64,000 nucleotides of DNA from Octopus vulgaris (taxonomy: Eukaryota), in NCBI GenBank assembly GCA_951406725.2, contig OX597823.1:95356001-95420000 (forward strand). The letters run 5' to 3'. A model generated the notes under the pieces. The model worked only from the letters and a program-made list of their open reading frames with translations, ran no database searches and had not been told where the DNA came from. The translations under genes were made by a program, and so were the position numbers. Shown piece after piece: positions 1 to 17,016 of the stretch. Positions within the stretch are counted from its first letter, which is position 1. Each line of letters opens with the position of its first letter.

Positions 1-2642
<2,642 letters not shown>

Positions 2643-2673
2643 AATAATAGTAATAATAATAATGATAATAATA

Positions 2674-2722
<49 letters not shown>

Positions 2723-2733
2723 TAATGATAATA

Positions 2734-2768
<35 letters not shown>

Positions 2769-2805
2769 GATAATAATAATGATAATAATAATAATAATAA
2801 TAATG

Positions 2806-2848
<43 letters not shown>

Positions 2849-2868
2849 TAATAATGATAATAATAATG

Positions 2869-2920
<52 letters not shown>

Positions 2921-2947
2921 TAATAATAATGATAATAATGATAATAG

Positions 2948-3235
2948 GGTGAAATGTAAAGAAGCAGAAAAGAGTGAGAAATACCAGCCACTGCGGGAAG
3001 AGATAGGAAAGCTATGGGGCATGAGGAAAATAATGGTGATACCGGTGGTAATTGGAGCATTAGGAGCAGTTTCCAAGGGCTTTGAAAGACATATTAAAAA
3101 TATTGGAGCTTGAATTGATCCAGAAGACAGCATTGTTGGGTAGAGCTCGCATTCTAATGAGAGTATAGTCACTTTGAGTCACAGGAGAAGGCCTACTTTC
3201 AAGAAAAGAACAACCGCAAATAGAACAGCGAGAAT
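2948..3235 (+). mobile_element. 3' fragment of another R4/Dong-like family
   Basis: Encodes EKSEKYQPLREEIGKLWGMRKIMVIPVVIGALG..., the RLE C-terminus; lies between (TAA)n and (AAC/AAT)n tracts. Confidence 0.7.
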
Positions 3236-3277
3236 AAAAACGACAGCAACAACAACAACAACAACAACAACAATAAC

Positions 3278-3334
<57 letters not shown>

Positions 3335-3399
3335 CTTATTTTGTGTATCTTCACAAAATATTAATATCTAGCTAAATTTATATTGAACTGAAACTCCTG

Positions 3400-4651
3400 T
3401 AATGAAAAAACCGCTTTGCCATGAGACGGATGCGACCATCCTCCTACCCCACACCTTCACCGTATTCAAACTGGAAGGGAGGCAATTTTTTTTTTTTAAT
3501 GAACTCTTACGAGGCAATGACTACATCTAAGAGGCAGAAGCAATCACAGCGCTTGAACACCCCTTCTCGGAGACGGAAACTCTAGAAATGAAACCAGGAT
3601 TACAGGAATCCTGTATCTTAGGGTGGAGATCCTGCCAGCGATGGTGTTACGGGAGAAAAAATACTGGGGATTGTGCAACCAAAAATTCACTAAACCTCAT
3701 CATGAATGCTGAAATGTCAAATGAAAATAGAAATGAGAACGGTGCGAATGAGGCTGGGACACCTTGTGAATGTTTCTCGCCCTGCGGGTGCCCCACGGGT
3801 GCCCCACGGGTGCCCCACGGGTGCCCCACGGGTGAGCAGCGTGGGCCCAGTCGGCATCAAGCAACTGCTAAAAGGAGATGGATAAAGAAAGGAATGCGGC
3901 TGTAATGGAGTACTACTTTCTGGGTAATCCGAGAAATGATAATGAAGTACCCGCTAGGGGATATAGGAAAAGAATGCACAGGTTCATGGAGGTAAAAGGT
4001 AGGTAAAAAAGAAGAGGTGATGAAACGCGCAATGGGAGAAAAGGGACAAAAATGAAATACAAAGAGAGCACGTCAGGTCGAAGAGAAACGCCTGCATGGC
4101 CAATTTTGGAGAGCCACTGAAGACGTATGTGGAACAAAATACACACACACACACGTACTTTTATATGTGCACATACTTGTGTGTCGTCTGTACTGTTTAT
4201 CTATATATAATTGTGATAATTTGACGCACACATTTAAAAAATGTTGAATCAACGTCTCTTTTAAATACAAGCTGAAAAGAAATAGTGAAAGAAAGAATAA
4301 TGTATTCATTGAAACCAGAGGCGATGAAGAGCTTAGCAGACGACCCACCAAAGTTACTTGACAGGTTTCCAACTGTTTGGTATTGGTTTGAGAGTTATAA
4401 AAAATTAATATTGAACAGGCACAGACATGGCTGTTTTGTAAGAGGTTTGCTTCCCAACCACATAGCTCTGGGCTCAATTCCACCGTGTGGCACCATGGTC
4501 AAGTATTTTCTATTATAACCACAGTTAAAGTGACCGATAGAATTAAGCATTAGGCTTTATAAAATGAGTCATTTGACTACAACTTCTTCGAGGTGATGCC
4601 TCAGCATGGCCGGGCTCTAATGATTGAAACAAGTAAAAGATAAAAGATCAC

Positions 4652-4705
<54 letters not shown>

Positions 4706-6890
4706 CAGGTCATCCCATAAGTTCTGTTGGACTTTACATTTTTTAAAATTGAATGAAATTTAATAGTATTTTAGAATGTCTAATGGAATTAAAAATTATT
4801 TTTATGCGTTTGTGTAAATCTAAACTAATTAAATATTATTTTACAGAATAATAGAATTAAAATTTCTTTGATTAAAACCTTTCCTAATCTCAGCTCTTCA
4901 TGGATTGACAGCATACCACATTCTGGAATCGCTGGAAATCGCTGGACATTTTCAAAATTTCTCCTGTGATTTCAGATTTTTTAAAGTATATGTCACTATG
5001 GAACACGAAACTCTAATTATATCATTCTAATGGAGTATTGCACTCAAACAATATTAGCAAAACCTGTGGTATAAACTGTGGCATTTTCCAAGGTAACTCA
5101 CTTTCACTACTAATTTTCTCCATAGCACTAATACCACTCTCAAGTGAACTGAATAGAACAGCTTATGGCTACAAAATTGACAACAGGAAAATAAGCCATC
5201 TATTTTATATGGATTATTTAAAACTATGTCAAAGATGATGAAGAGCTTGAAGGACTACTACATACTGTGAAAAGATTCAGTGATGATATCGGGATGGAGT
5301 TTGGCCTTGGAAAGTGTGCCAAAGCCATTTTAAGAAAGGGAAATTGGTAAAGTCAAGTTTAATCGAATTAGATGTCGAAACAGTAATAAAGGAACTTGAG
5401 CAGGAACAAACCTGTAAATATCTAGGAATAAATGAAGGCTCTGGTATCCAGCATGCAAGCATGAAAGAGAAGGGTAGGAAGGAATGTTATAGAAGAGTTC
5501 GAGCAGTCCTGAAGTCTGAGCTGATGCATATAATAAGGTTTTAGCCATAAATTCCTTAGCAGTACCAGTTGTTCTTTATAGATTCAATGTGCTTAACTGG
5601 AATACCAGTGAAATAATGAAAATTGACAGAAAAATCCGTAAGCTACTGACTTGTAATAAGATGCACCATCCAAAGGCAGACGTGGATCGTCTTTACATTC
5701 CCAGAGCTCAAGGAAGTCGAGGCTTGATCCAGCTTGAACTTACGTACAAAACCACCACAATCGGACTGCCCAAATACCTTGAAACAACCAACGTTTGGAT
5801 GCTAAAACTTGTTGAGAAACATGAAAGACTGAAAAGACTTCACTCTATTTTCAAAGAGAGCAAAATATTTGCTATTGATCTCTTAGATACCTACCAGATT
5901 GATCAGGTTGAAGGAAATGCGCCAACTGCTGCTGCAAAGAAAATAAAATTAATTGCAAATTAGCTAGCAGATGGGAACAGAAACCTCTGCATTGCAAGTA
6001 TGTGGCCCGTAGCAAACAAGCTGATGTCGACCAGAAACACACGCACCAAAGGTTACAAAGCTCAGGGCTAAAAGCAGAGAGTGAAGGTTTCATATTAGCT
6101 GCTCAAGACCAAAGCTTATTAACCAGGAACTACCAAGCCAATGTGATAAAAAATGGAGCTGACCCAAAATGCCGATTCTGTAACGATGAGATTGAAACAA
6201 TAGACCACCTAATCTCAGGGTGTAGAGTCTTAGCACCTTTAGAATATAAAGCAAGACATGACAGAGTCGGCCAATATTTACACTGGACAATATGTCGGCA
6301 TTATAAAATCAAAACCGCTGGGAAATGGTATAAACACCATCTTGAAGCTGTGACCGAGGGAGAAAATGTGTCGATTCTATGGGATCCCCGTACAAAACGA
6401 CAAAACTATAAAAGCTAATAAAACGGATATTATTATAAAATATCAGACAAAAAGGTGTGTTTATTAATTGGCATGAGTATTCCTTGCGATCACAATATAG
6501 CGGCGAAAGAATTTGACAAGATTAGTAAATATAAAGACTTGCTAATAGAAACTGAAAAATGTGGCATCTCAAGGCGACTACAGTACCAGTGATTGTAGGA
6601 TCTCTAGGAATGAAAAAAAAGGTACTGAAACCTATTTGAAAATGATACCAGGCTTAGCATCCCTACAGGAAGTGCAAAATATCATATTAACTGGAACAGC
6701 TCATGTACTGAGAAGAGCATTATCGCTGTGAAAACATCCATTCATGAATTTATTTATTAATTTTTTAAATACATATTTTACCTGTGAATTTGCGTTTGTA
6801 ATATGGGAATGCATACGATGAGCTTCTCTGCCCAAGGTGTACGGAAAACACTCGGCGAGAAACGGAAGAAAATTTGATGAAAGAAGACAA
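3400..6890 (+). mobile_element. Degraded R4/Dong-like LINE (family 2), interrupted by SINE and mariner-like pieces
   Basis: RT/RLE fragments GIFQG, HLFYMD, MHHPKADVDRLY, LAAQDQSL, CRFC..ETIDHLISGC; many stops and frameshifts; 3' end abuts (TAA)n; 3400-4135 assigned as the N-terminal part with less certainty. Confidence 0.8.
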
Positions 6891-7004
6891 TAATGATAAT
6901 AATAATAATAATAATAATAATATTGATGCTGCTGCTGCTGCTGCTGACGATGATGATGATGATAACAAAAAGAACAAGAAGAACAATAATAATGATTCGT
7001 TTAC

Positions 7005-7231
7005 CTTTTGTTCCGTAGAGAACGGGAAATATTCCAGCGATACAAGTGACTCCAGTCAAAACCATCTGGCTAGTATGCAATTTTTTTCTTCCGACACGAT
7101 TTAACAGAAGTATGCACAGAGTATAGGCCGGAAACTCGACAATCGCATTCAAAAAAAAATTCATATAGAGATTGCCATACAATTTGCCAACATTAAGAGT
7201 AAGGCCGTAATATACCATACTCACAGTCGCC
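7005..7231 (-). CDS. SLC22-like copy A exon 7
   Basis: tatag|G; ATVSMVYYGLTLN...NLYMNFFLNAIVEFPAY...NRVGRK...GTK; donor G|GTAAAC; 227 nt, ends phase 1. Confidence 0.92.
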
Positions 7232-8444
7232 CTATATAAAAGAAATGAAACATTTTATATAATGTACAAACATGCACAAAAATTGCAGACCAAAGTCTGG
7301 TTAGATGGCTACGTAATTTCTTAGAGAGAATTATAATAATTTTTGAACGTTGAGACCAACAGCAAGTAAAGTTATACAACTAACTGTCTAATATAGACAA
7401 CTAAGACAACTCAACAACTGAGGCAGAGTTAGCCAACAAGAGCCAGTTAATGAAAGTAACTTTATATTTTTGGATAAATGGCAACTTTAGTGCGTTGGAT
7501 AAATGGTGAGTAGATGGTTTGTATGTGTATGTGGCCTTCTTTAGCTTATGTGTGCATGAAGTGTTTATGAAGTAGAAAATATTCACTGATTTGTCAGTAG
7601 TCTCTGACACTTGTTAGCCTTCGGTAATTCTTAGTGATATAGTTTTCTAAATTTGATGAAGGGCCCTGCCTAAATCACCATATCCTTCCTCTTCTTCACA
7701 GTAAATAAATATCTAAAATGGTTTGTCAGTTTAACTCATGGTCTCAGCAGACAAATTAGAAATGGTGTTGTCTCAGATGCACTGGAACAGCCACTCTGAC
7801 CCACAGATGCACTGGAACAGCCACTCTGAGAGTGGTGAGCAGTGACTTGGTTGAGGGCCGAGAATGCTTGACGTCTCCACTGACGCAGGCTTGACCACAA
7901 ACCTGTCAGAGAATGGCCAATACTTTGATAACTTACTTTTAGGGTCTTGTTACCATGGTTTTTTTTCAATTAATTTTGAAAATAAAGAAGAATTTAATAA
8001 AATGATTTGCCCATAATTAAGACTGGAACAAATAAACATGAAATTTTAATGGAAAATTTCAAATTAGATCAAACAGGAAGTCTGTATGATACAATAAGGG
8101 ACATTCTCATGTGGGTTGATATCAAAAGGGTCAACTAAGTTTTACTTCTCATTTTATTATTCTTTGCTTTGCTCTAAAAAGAATTCCTTTATTTCATTTT
8201 CATGTAAGCATCCTTGCACACTTAGTATCTTTGATATTCCTTCAAGTTTGACTCTACATGAATTTCTTGCAAGAAAACTTCCACAAATATCTGCATCATT
8301 CTGATCAATATAGGTGCATGCATGGCTGCGTGGTAAGAAGTTTGCTCCCCAACTACATGGCTCCAGTTTCAGTCCCAGTGCGCGGTAACTTGAGCAAGTG
8401 TCTTCTATCTTAATCAACGGGCTGACCACACACACACACACACA

Positions 8445-8485
<41 letters not shown>

Positions 8486-8776
8486 ACACACACACACACA
8501 CATACACACACACACAGCTATGTGTGGTTCTTTGTCTTTGTGCTTATTCCCCTACCACTGTCTGATAACCTCTGGTGGTTTGCTTATGTCCCCATAACTT
8601 AAGGCTTCAAAGAAACCAATGAAATCAGCACCAGAATTTAAAAAGTCAGAGGTCAATTAATTCAAGTATATGTTTTTTCAAGACGGTGCCCCAGCATGGC
8701 CGCAGTCAAATGGCTGAAAGAAGTAAACGATAAAAAATAAAGAATACACAGAAATGGTAAATGTAATATCACTTAC

Positions 8777-8989
8777 CAGTTTAGCATCAAAATTAGGGTC
8801 CGTTTTAGAAGCTGAGGAATGGTAAACATTTTCCAGATTTCTACTTTTTTTTTGTTCGATGAGAAAATGTTGACGATTTCTGTTTGAGGCAAAATTGTTT
8901 TATTCAGTTTGGCGATGTTGCTAAGAATTAAGTTGGCATCTTTTGTTCTCTTTTTATTGAGGAGCCATCGGGGAGACTCGTCTAGGAAA
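8777..8989 (-). CDS. SLC22-like copy A exon 6
   Basis: FLDESPRWLL...IAKLN...LLKRTLILMLN(W); acceptor ttgcaag (AAG, weaker); donor TG|GTAAGT; 213 nt. Confidence 0.87.
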
Positions 8990-9849
8990 CTTGCAAATAG
9001 AAAACGGAAAATACAACAGCAACAACACACACACACATACACACACACACAAACACACAAACACACACACACAAACACACATATATATATACATACATTC
9101 AGATAATACATACATACATACAAAGAGACAAATAAGTAAATAGACATTTGTTCAAGGTGCCATACAGTGAGACTGAACCCAGAACCATGTGTTTGGGAAG
9201 CAAACGTCTTACCACAAAGTCACGCCTGCATCTTTGATGTTAATAAAGATGTTTAAAAGTCAGGTGAAGCCTGTATTTAAAGCTTCTTAAGTTACTCGTC
9301 TCTAAACATCGAATGCTTTCGCCCCAAAAGAAGAACTAATCTACATAATTGGATTCAAACGAAGGTACAGGGGTTAGATCAGAGTTTTCCTTCCACTAGA
9401 GAGATATCTAAACAAAGACTAAGGGTTCCTCACCCCCAGCTGTCCATTGACGGGTTTCGTTTCTCATCCAGGAGTGTGTTCGACATAAACACACCCCAGC
9501 CCCACCCGCCTTCCCAAGCAAGCTTTTTAGGGTTGTAGGTTTCGTCGCCAACTATGTAACGGGTTGTATATACATATACACATACGTGCACCCTAACACA
9601 TACACATACACGTACACATACGCACATATCCATTCATCTACCCATATATACATCCATACATATATACATATATGCACCCATATATACTTAAGTACGTCCG
9701 TATATATAAATCCATGCACCCATACATTCATTTACTCATACGTACATACATGCATGTATTGATACATACACCCAGCCATATTTATATCTGTGTAACCATA
9801 CAGGTATAAATGCATCCATCCTTCCACCCATACACACATGCATACCTAC

Positions 9850-10021
9850 CAGACATAGGCGACACCGAGCACCAGTGACGGAATTGATATTATGATCATC
9901 AAAGTCCTCCAGGTCCTCACAAAGTAAGTCAGAAGAGAAAGGATCATGAGTCCGACGGTAAATACCATTTGGATGGCAATGGAAGATTTCATTCTACTGT
10001 TCACCGAAGACACTTCAGAAG
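9850..10021 (-). CDS. SLC22-like copy A exon 5
   Basis: ttctag|CT; ASEVSSVNSRMK...YFVRTWRTL...AYV; donor TG|GTAGGT; 172 nt; phases fit neighbouring exons. Confidence 0.88.
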
Positions 10022-10147
10022 CTAGAATTTGAAACAATGATGATGAGGAAAAACAAAGACAACAATTACGAAAATGATGATATAAAGAGGGAATTTATAA
10101 TACATACACACACGCACACACACACACGCGCGCGTGCATATATATAA

Positions 10148-10241
<94 letters not shown>

Positions 10242-10458
10242 AATGTATATATATATATATAAATGTATATATATATATATATAAATGTATATATATATAT
10301 ATATAAATGTATATATATATATATATACATATATATGTATATATACATATAAATGTGTATATATATATACATATATATATATACATATATATGTATATAT
10401 ACATATAAATGTGTATATATATATACATATATATATACATATATATGTATATATACAT

Positions 10459-10507
<49 letters not shown>

Positions 10508-10865
10508 TGGGCTAGCCTACCTCATCGTCTGGGGGCGTCGACATAACATTAACTCTTGTTTTCTCGTGTTCCTTTCTGTTGAAGAGCGTAGGCTCAAAAC
10601 TTAAAAGACTTTCTTACCTTCCCGAGCGTTAAACTAATACACCTGTTTGTTGTTTAAACACATGTCTTCGTCAGTGTGTGTGTGTGTGTGTGTGTGTGCG
10701 TGCGCGCATTAAATTCAACTTACGTTGAAAATAAACAAAGTTTGCTTTAGAAGCTTTGAGATGTATTGAAAGATAAGGAAATAATTTTATTCTCAAACGT
10801 AGGAGAATGCTAATAATATAGCATGGACAGGATAAACTATCCATATTTTGCAGAAATCTGTCAGT

Positions 10866-10938
10866 AGCCAGCCATGAGATTCGGACTCACACACCTGTGA
10901 TTACGCGTCTAGTGCTTTACCATTAAGCTAAACTGAGT
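10866..10938 (-). pseudogene. tRNA-like relic (possibly Thr-CGT derived, or a SINE head)
   Basis: TAGCTTAATGGTAAAGC D-arm/A-box, CGT anticodon-like loop, GAGTCCGAATCTC T-arm; acceptor and anticodon stems mismatched. Confidence 0.4.
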
Positions 10939-11951
10939 CAGCGAAAATTTTTCTGCAAATTTAGGATTTATATATCTAGCTTTAGAAGACGCTACCGTAC
11001 GTTAAATTCAAATTATGGATAGTTATCTGTTTATATATATTGTTGGCCTGCTCGCTTAGCGAGCGGGGTGGCGTCATTTGAAGGCTAAAACAATGCGAAG
11101 TGCATTGTGACCAGTGATGTGTAGCAACATCTGATAGCCTAGTCGGTCACGGTGATATATATATATATATTTAGATATATATAAATAGTGGTAAACGAAT
11201 TATTAGCCGTACAGGCAAATTAATAAAATATATACATACAATATTAGATTTGTACATATATACGTAAGGGTACTACACGAGTACCTATATCGCTAATTAT
11301 AGAAGTCAGAAAATACTTCTGTACCACCGAAAAGTCACAAATCTATTACAGACAAGATAGGAAAAAATATCAGTGAATAATAATAATGTCTTACCTCAAA
11401 TAGGTCAGAACAAGTAAATGCTGGTCAACTCGGTACCGGTTTCGAAATTTAACGCATATATATATATCATGACGATGATGTGTATATGTATACATATGTA
11501 TGTGTGTATAAATGTGTGTACACACGCACATAACTATTTTTACATCATTTTTATTCAGCTGACGATTTCAAATGCGACTTTAGAGTTGGGTATTCCGTAC
11601 GTGGCACTTGTGTCAATTAACAAAAATATTAATAAAATTATATGCATACATACATACATACATACATACATACATACATACATACATACATACATACATA
11701 CGTACATATAACTAAATTTAACTGAAATTGATGGGTGAGCGTTTGGCCAATAAGATTCGCAAGGAGTCACGAAAGCGTCGATTTTTTAGTTCGATTCTGC
11801 CTGAGGTTAGCTCATTGTGTTTCAGTCATTTGTTTACATTAAACAAATTGTCGATTCAAATCGGAGAATAAATATCATTATGCTATATATTATATGCAGT
11901 TACATATATATATGTAGATAATACATACATACATACATACATATATATATG

Positions 11952-12013
<62 letters not shown>

Positions 12014-12309
12014 ATAAAATTTTTTTCCAGAAAAAATTTCATCAAAAGTGGCACCATGTTAAAATACTTTTAAAGGTTAAAATTATAAACAATTTATAGA
12101 CAAGGGCAAAAGAAAAATTATTTCTATGCCAAAATGCTGAGAACAGACTTTAAATCGTTAATTACCACATACCAACGCACTCGTTTAACCTGTTACATTT
12201 TATTCTGTCTGTTCATAACCTATATATATGTGTGTGGGTGGGTGTTTATATGTGTATGTATTTTTGTGTGTGCGTGTATATATACATGCCACCATGAATA
12301 TGTGTGCAT

Positions 12310-13140
12310 ACGTGGTGGTATGAAAATCTTCCAAGACTATTTATATATCTAAGTTTTAAACATCATCGCTTTCGAAATAGCCACCGTACGCAACAATTTA
12401 CCCGTCCCAGTGCTCCTGCCAGTTTTGGTATCCAGCCTGGAAGTCGTTTTCTGTAAACATGTCGAGGACCTTCTGTCTTTTTCTCTTGATTTTGACAATG
12501 GTGTCGAAATGGCAACCTTTGAGCTGCGTTTTCATCTTGGGGGAAGAAACGGAAGTGCGCAGGTGCAAGATGTGGCGAATATGGCTCGTGTGGAAGCGAT
12601 ACGATGTTGCTTTGGCGGGAAACTCACAGGTGAGAAGAGCTCGGTGACAGGGGGCACTGTCGTCGTTATGAATTTTAATTTTTTGTTCTCCACAAATCCG
12701 ATCGCTTTCGCCGAATGTCCTCCCTCAAACGCTTCAAAACCTCGTTCGTTGCCATCCGTCCATCCTCAGGCACATGCTGATCAATGCTCTCAACATTTCC
12801 GGTAGGTGACGCTCGTGGAAGGTCATCCTGATCGTTCATCCTCTCCCAGGGACGTTCTTCCTCTTTTGAAGCATCCGTGCCACTTGAAACTGCGTACGAC
12901 CCATTGCCTCATCATCGTAAGATTCCTGAAGCATGCTCAATGTCTCTGTAGGAGACTTCGCAAGTTTGTCGCAAAATTTCACCTTGGTTCTTTGTTCCAA
13001 CTTCCTGTCCTTGACAAAAAGTGCAGACTACACCATACACGTGATCCCAAGAACACAAATTTTACAACTTGCGAACACAGCAATGTCACTTGGCACACTG
13101 CCTCATAAAGACTGTTGCCTTTCCACTCAGAGCAACGTAA
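12310..13140 (-). mobile_element. Mariner-like relic
   Basis: Reverse strand gives N-terminal HTH-like segments (..SLGEDERSG.PST) and a C-terminal piece; heavily decayed. Confidence 0.5.
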
Positions 13141-13306
13141 CATTTCTTGCGTAATGAGATAAAACAAAGTTGTTTATGATTAAAAACCATCAAAGGATCT
13201 CCTTTTAATGGACGAGAGCAGATAAAGAATAAAAGACAGGAAATCATTCAACTTGCATTCAAATTTAAAAGTGGAAATTTATGGTGTTTTATTGTTGTTT
13301 GCATAC

Positions 13307-13461
13307 CAAAGACAACTGAGGGAATGTAGGATCCAGCACCACCAATAGCAGTGATAAAGCGTAACACATATATGGCATAAATATTGGAGATGAAGGCCAT
13401 TGCTATTCCAGATGACCCTTGCAAAAATAAACACGCAATTATCACTTTCTTGCGACCAAAT
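13307..13461 (-). CDS. SLC22-like copy A exon 4
   Basis: ttttcag|A; FGRKKVIIACLFLQG...LRFITAIGGAG...VVF; completes MFS motif A (SDRFGRK); donor G|GTATGC; 155 nt. Confidence 0.92.
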
Positions 13462-13502
13462 CTGAAAAAAATTGAATAGACAAACTTAAATTTCATCTGA
13501 TT

Positions 13503-13538
<36 letters not shown>

Positions 13539-13574
13539 TCACACACACACACATGCACACACACGCACACACAC

Positions 13575-14010
13575 ATGAGGTGTGCTCAAAAGGTATCCGA
13601 ATTTAATGTTTTCTCCTCCAAATCTAATGTCACGTGGGCAAAATCCTTTGGAAGGGGGTGGGTGACACTGCCCTTCTTGCGCCTGTTGGCTGCATCAGTT
13701 CTCGGCTGTTATGCCTAAAGTAAAGATATGCAGTTCTCACTTGGATTTTCATGTTTGACCAAACGCTTGGTGGTACTCAAGCTCAAACCATCTAGAGAAT
13801 TCAACAAACCATTGGCAATATGATACCATGGACAAAACTCAGATTAAGGAGTGGTATAACTGCTCCAAACATGGCTTCTACTAAGTGGTGGGTGAAGCAT
13901 GTTCAGGCAGGCCATCCACAAGCGGAAACGAGGTGACTGAGAAGATTTGGTGAATAGTTATGGAAGGACATCATGTAACAATCCAGGAAATTACTTATGA
14001 AGGAAGTTAT
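13575..14010 (+). mobile_element. Mariner-like 5' relic
   Basis: TIR-like gaggtgtgctcaaaaggtatccg; decayed HTH (IKEWY, SGRPST). Confidence 0.45.
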
Positions 14011-15447
14011 CCATGAATTCCATAGAATCTTTAAATCATCAGATCTTTTGTCCCCCATTTTCCCTTTTGTGAAATTACTTTGGTGAAGAGTTCTTTTATA
14101 TTATTTGCTTATATTTTCATATGTTTTTTTATATTATTTTTACTTCACCTCTTTTTATTTCTTCTTGTTATTTTGCTTAAATTAAGGATGCGGAATTCCT
14201 GAATTTCTTTCTAGCATTTGAACTTAATTGATATGAGGATATCCAAATGCGATGAACATTTTTTTCTATAATGATAGCAACACAATATATCTTCACTTTG
14301 ATATTTATTTCTATGGCCCAAATCCATGTTATTTCGTCCAATTCTGGCCTTAAGTACACTGTATATATAAAGAGTTGGCTTTATTGTGTATATTTAAAGT
14401 TCAACAGTTGATGTTCCGCTAATCAGATGACCTAGCTTTCTTTATTTGCTTTTATTTGTGAAGAAACAGTTGTACTATATATTAGTGTTTTTTAATGTGT
14501 CTTTTACTTGTTTCAGTCTTTCGATTGTGGCCATGCTGGGGCACTGCCTTGAGGAATGTCTAGTCAAATGAATCGATCCCATCACTTTTTTCTCAAGCCT
14601 GGTACTAATCTTATGGTATGTAGAAATTTATATACGTTTAGGTATTTCTCAGCCAGAATTTACCATCTACCTACATTCTTTTGTTAGAAACAAAACATTG
14701 AGGCACCCAATTACTAAGGACTTTAATACTGGACTTTGTACCTTTGACCTTTGCATTGTCAAATCCAATACACCCAATAATACCAAAAGCAACAGCAATA
14801 CTCTCCCACCTTGTGCTGACCTAAGAAAAGAGAAACACCTACACACTTGTCTACAAATTTCTACCTGCATGAATATATTCTAAACAATAACATCGTCCAA
14901 CATTTAATCAATAAAAATTTCTCCAAAACACCTCTCCATAACAACCAACCATAAAAACCTGATTACCACTCCACTCAAACCCACACACCAAAGGAAGATT
15001 CTAGCTCAGACTATATAAAGGCAAAACCAACTCTAATGAATTGCAGTCGGACTATGGCTTAGCTGGTCGAAACTTCGAAGTCACTGTCAACAACATTCTT
15101 GCTTAAGAATAATAAATATTCATTTATATATATATACACAAACACACACAAACACATTCAACACACATTCAACACCACAAGTATATATTATATTACACAC
15201 ACATACTCACACAAACACACACACACACAAACACACACATACATACACACACACACAGACGCAGGATTGGCTGTGTGGTAAGAAGCTTGTTCCCCAACCA
15301 CATAGCTCCGATTTAGACATTGGGCAAGTGTCTTTTAGTATACCCTCGGGCCGACCAAGGCCTTGTGAGTGGATTTGGTAGACAGAAACTGAAAGAAACC
15401 CGCCACACACACATACACATATGTGTATGTATATATTTGTGTTTGTA

Positions 15448-15487
<40 letters not shown>

Positions 15488-16345
15488 TGTGTGTGTGTGT
15501 GTGTTTGTGTTTGTCCCCCTCCATCGCTTGATAACCGTAGTGGTTCGGCAAAAGGAACCGATACAATAAGTACTAGATTTACAATAAATAAGTCCTGGGC
15601 TTGATTTGTTCGACTACAGGTGGTGCTCCAGCATGGCCGCAGTCAAGTGACTGGAAGAAGTATAAGAATATGTGTGTGTATGAACGTCTGTGTGTGTATA
15701 TATATATATAGTCTATACATGTATGTATATATATATATATGTATGTGTGTGTGTACCTGTGTGTGTGTGCCTGTGTGCACGACGGTGTGTATGCATGTGT
15801 GCATGTGTACCAATGTTTATATGTATTTATATATGTGCATATTTGAGTATGTATTTTTTCTCTTGTTCCCAGATCTGACTTCTAATAGTAGCACCTGTTA
15901 AGGTCCCAGGTATGGTTTAATTTGCATGTAAATCACTGGAAATGATGGACCCCTATTTCTTGTCAGAACTTCCTCTTAGGCAAAGGTAAACTTATATAAA
16001 AAAAGCATTGAAGTGCAGTTGGCTTCTGGTCATCTCAGCCTCTGTTGTGCCTCTGGTTTTATGGTTGTTTACTCAGAAAAGTGGTTCTTCTCAAAACAAA
16101 TCCGTGCACAGGAACTTTTTGGACTCTCAGAACGTTTGCAAGGAAGTTTTGAACTTATGAAGTGGTCATGCTCGGTCATGAGTTAACATCCACAACCATA
16201 TATACATATACATGTACTACACAGAAACAGACCGACAGACAGACACACATACACACACAAAACATATATATATGAAATGTGCAAAAACGCAAAATAGAAT
16301 GCAAACACTAAACACACCAGCATGCAGATACGACACGGAACTTAC

Positions 16346-16449
16346 CTGTCTGATAAAATTCCACAGCCGACCATGGCGAAAAGGTAGCCCATGAAGAAAA
16401 AGGTAATGGTGTGACTTGCCAGAATCGCTTTATCGCAAACGAGATTCAG
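16346..16449 (-). CDS. SLC22-like copy A exon 3
   Basis: Not in ORF track. cgcag|LNLVCDKAILASHTITFFFMGYLFAMVGCGILSD(R)|GTAAGT; 104 nt; 'LVC...G.LSDR' motif. Confidence 0.92.
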
Positions 16450-17016
16450 CTGCGATGAGAAATATGAAAACTATTTAATGTATACAGTTTATAATTTTGA
16501 TAATAATAAATGAGACTATGAGTTTCAAACGGATCGTGTAATCGAACACCGTCGGCCAGATATTGTTATATTAAATAAGAGAGACAAATACTGTCAGATC
16601 ATTAACGTAGCCATAATAATGATAATAATAATAAACTGTGTTTTAATATTAAAATTGAAAAAAATTGACCTTGTTTTGTAAAATATTTTGGACCTGGGTT
16701 TGCACCCCTAGGCAAATTACATTCCTGCAGTTATGTCACTGTTGGGAGTTAATCCAGAATCTTTTGTGTGGAGGGACTTTGTTGTAAAGATTGTTTTCAA
16801 GAATTAGTCTCAGAATCTATTCTGACCCTGGAGTTATATTGGAAAGATTATCAATAACCATTGCCAGAACACTTCACGCTATGGCGACAATGTCTTGGAA
16901 CCACAATCAATATCCAGTCCCAACATACATTGCATCATAGAGACGTATTTTTGTAGAAAACTCTATCAATAAAACCCTAGAACTTATTCCATTTTCTTCA
17001 CTCTTTCACCCTCCAT

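Noticed and set aside
3786-3832. GC-rich 11-bp tandem repeat (cgggtgcccca x4)
   Set aside because: Local slippage inside a dead LINE fragment, in a segment missing from the paralog
4073-4518. ORFs repeated at 61644-62249 that look like a conserved gene
   Set aside because: Their identity comes from the recent duplication of intron and TE DNA; no recognisable motifs or splice structure
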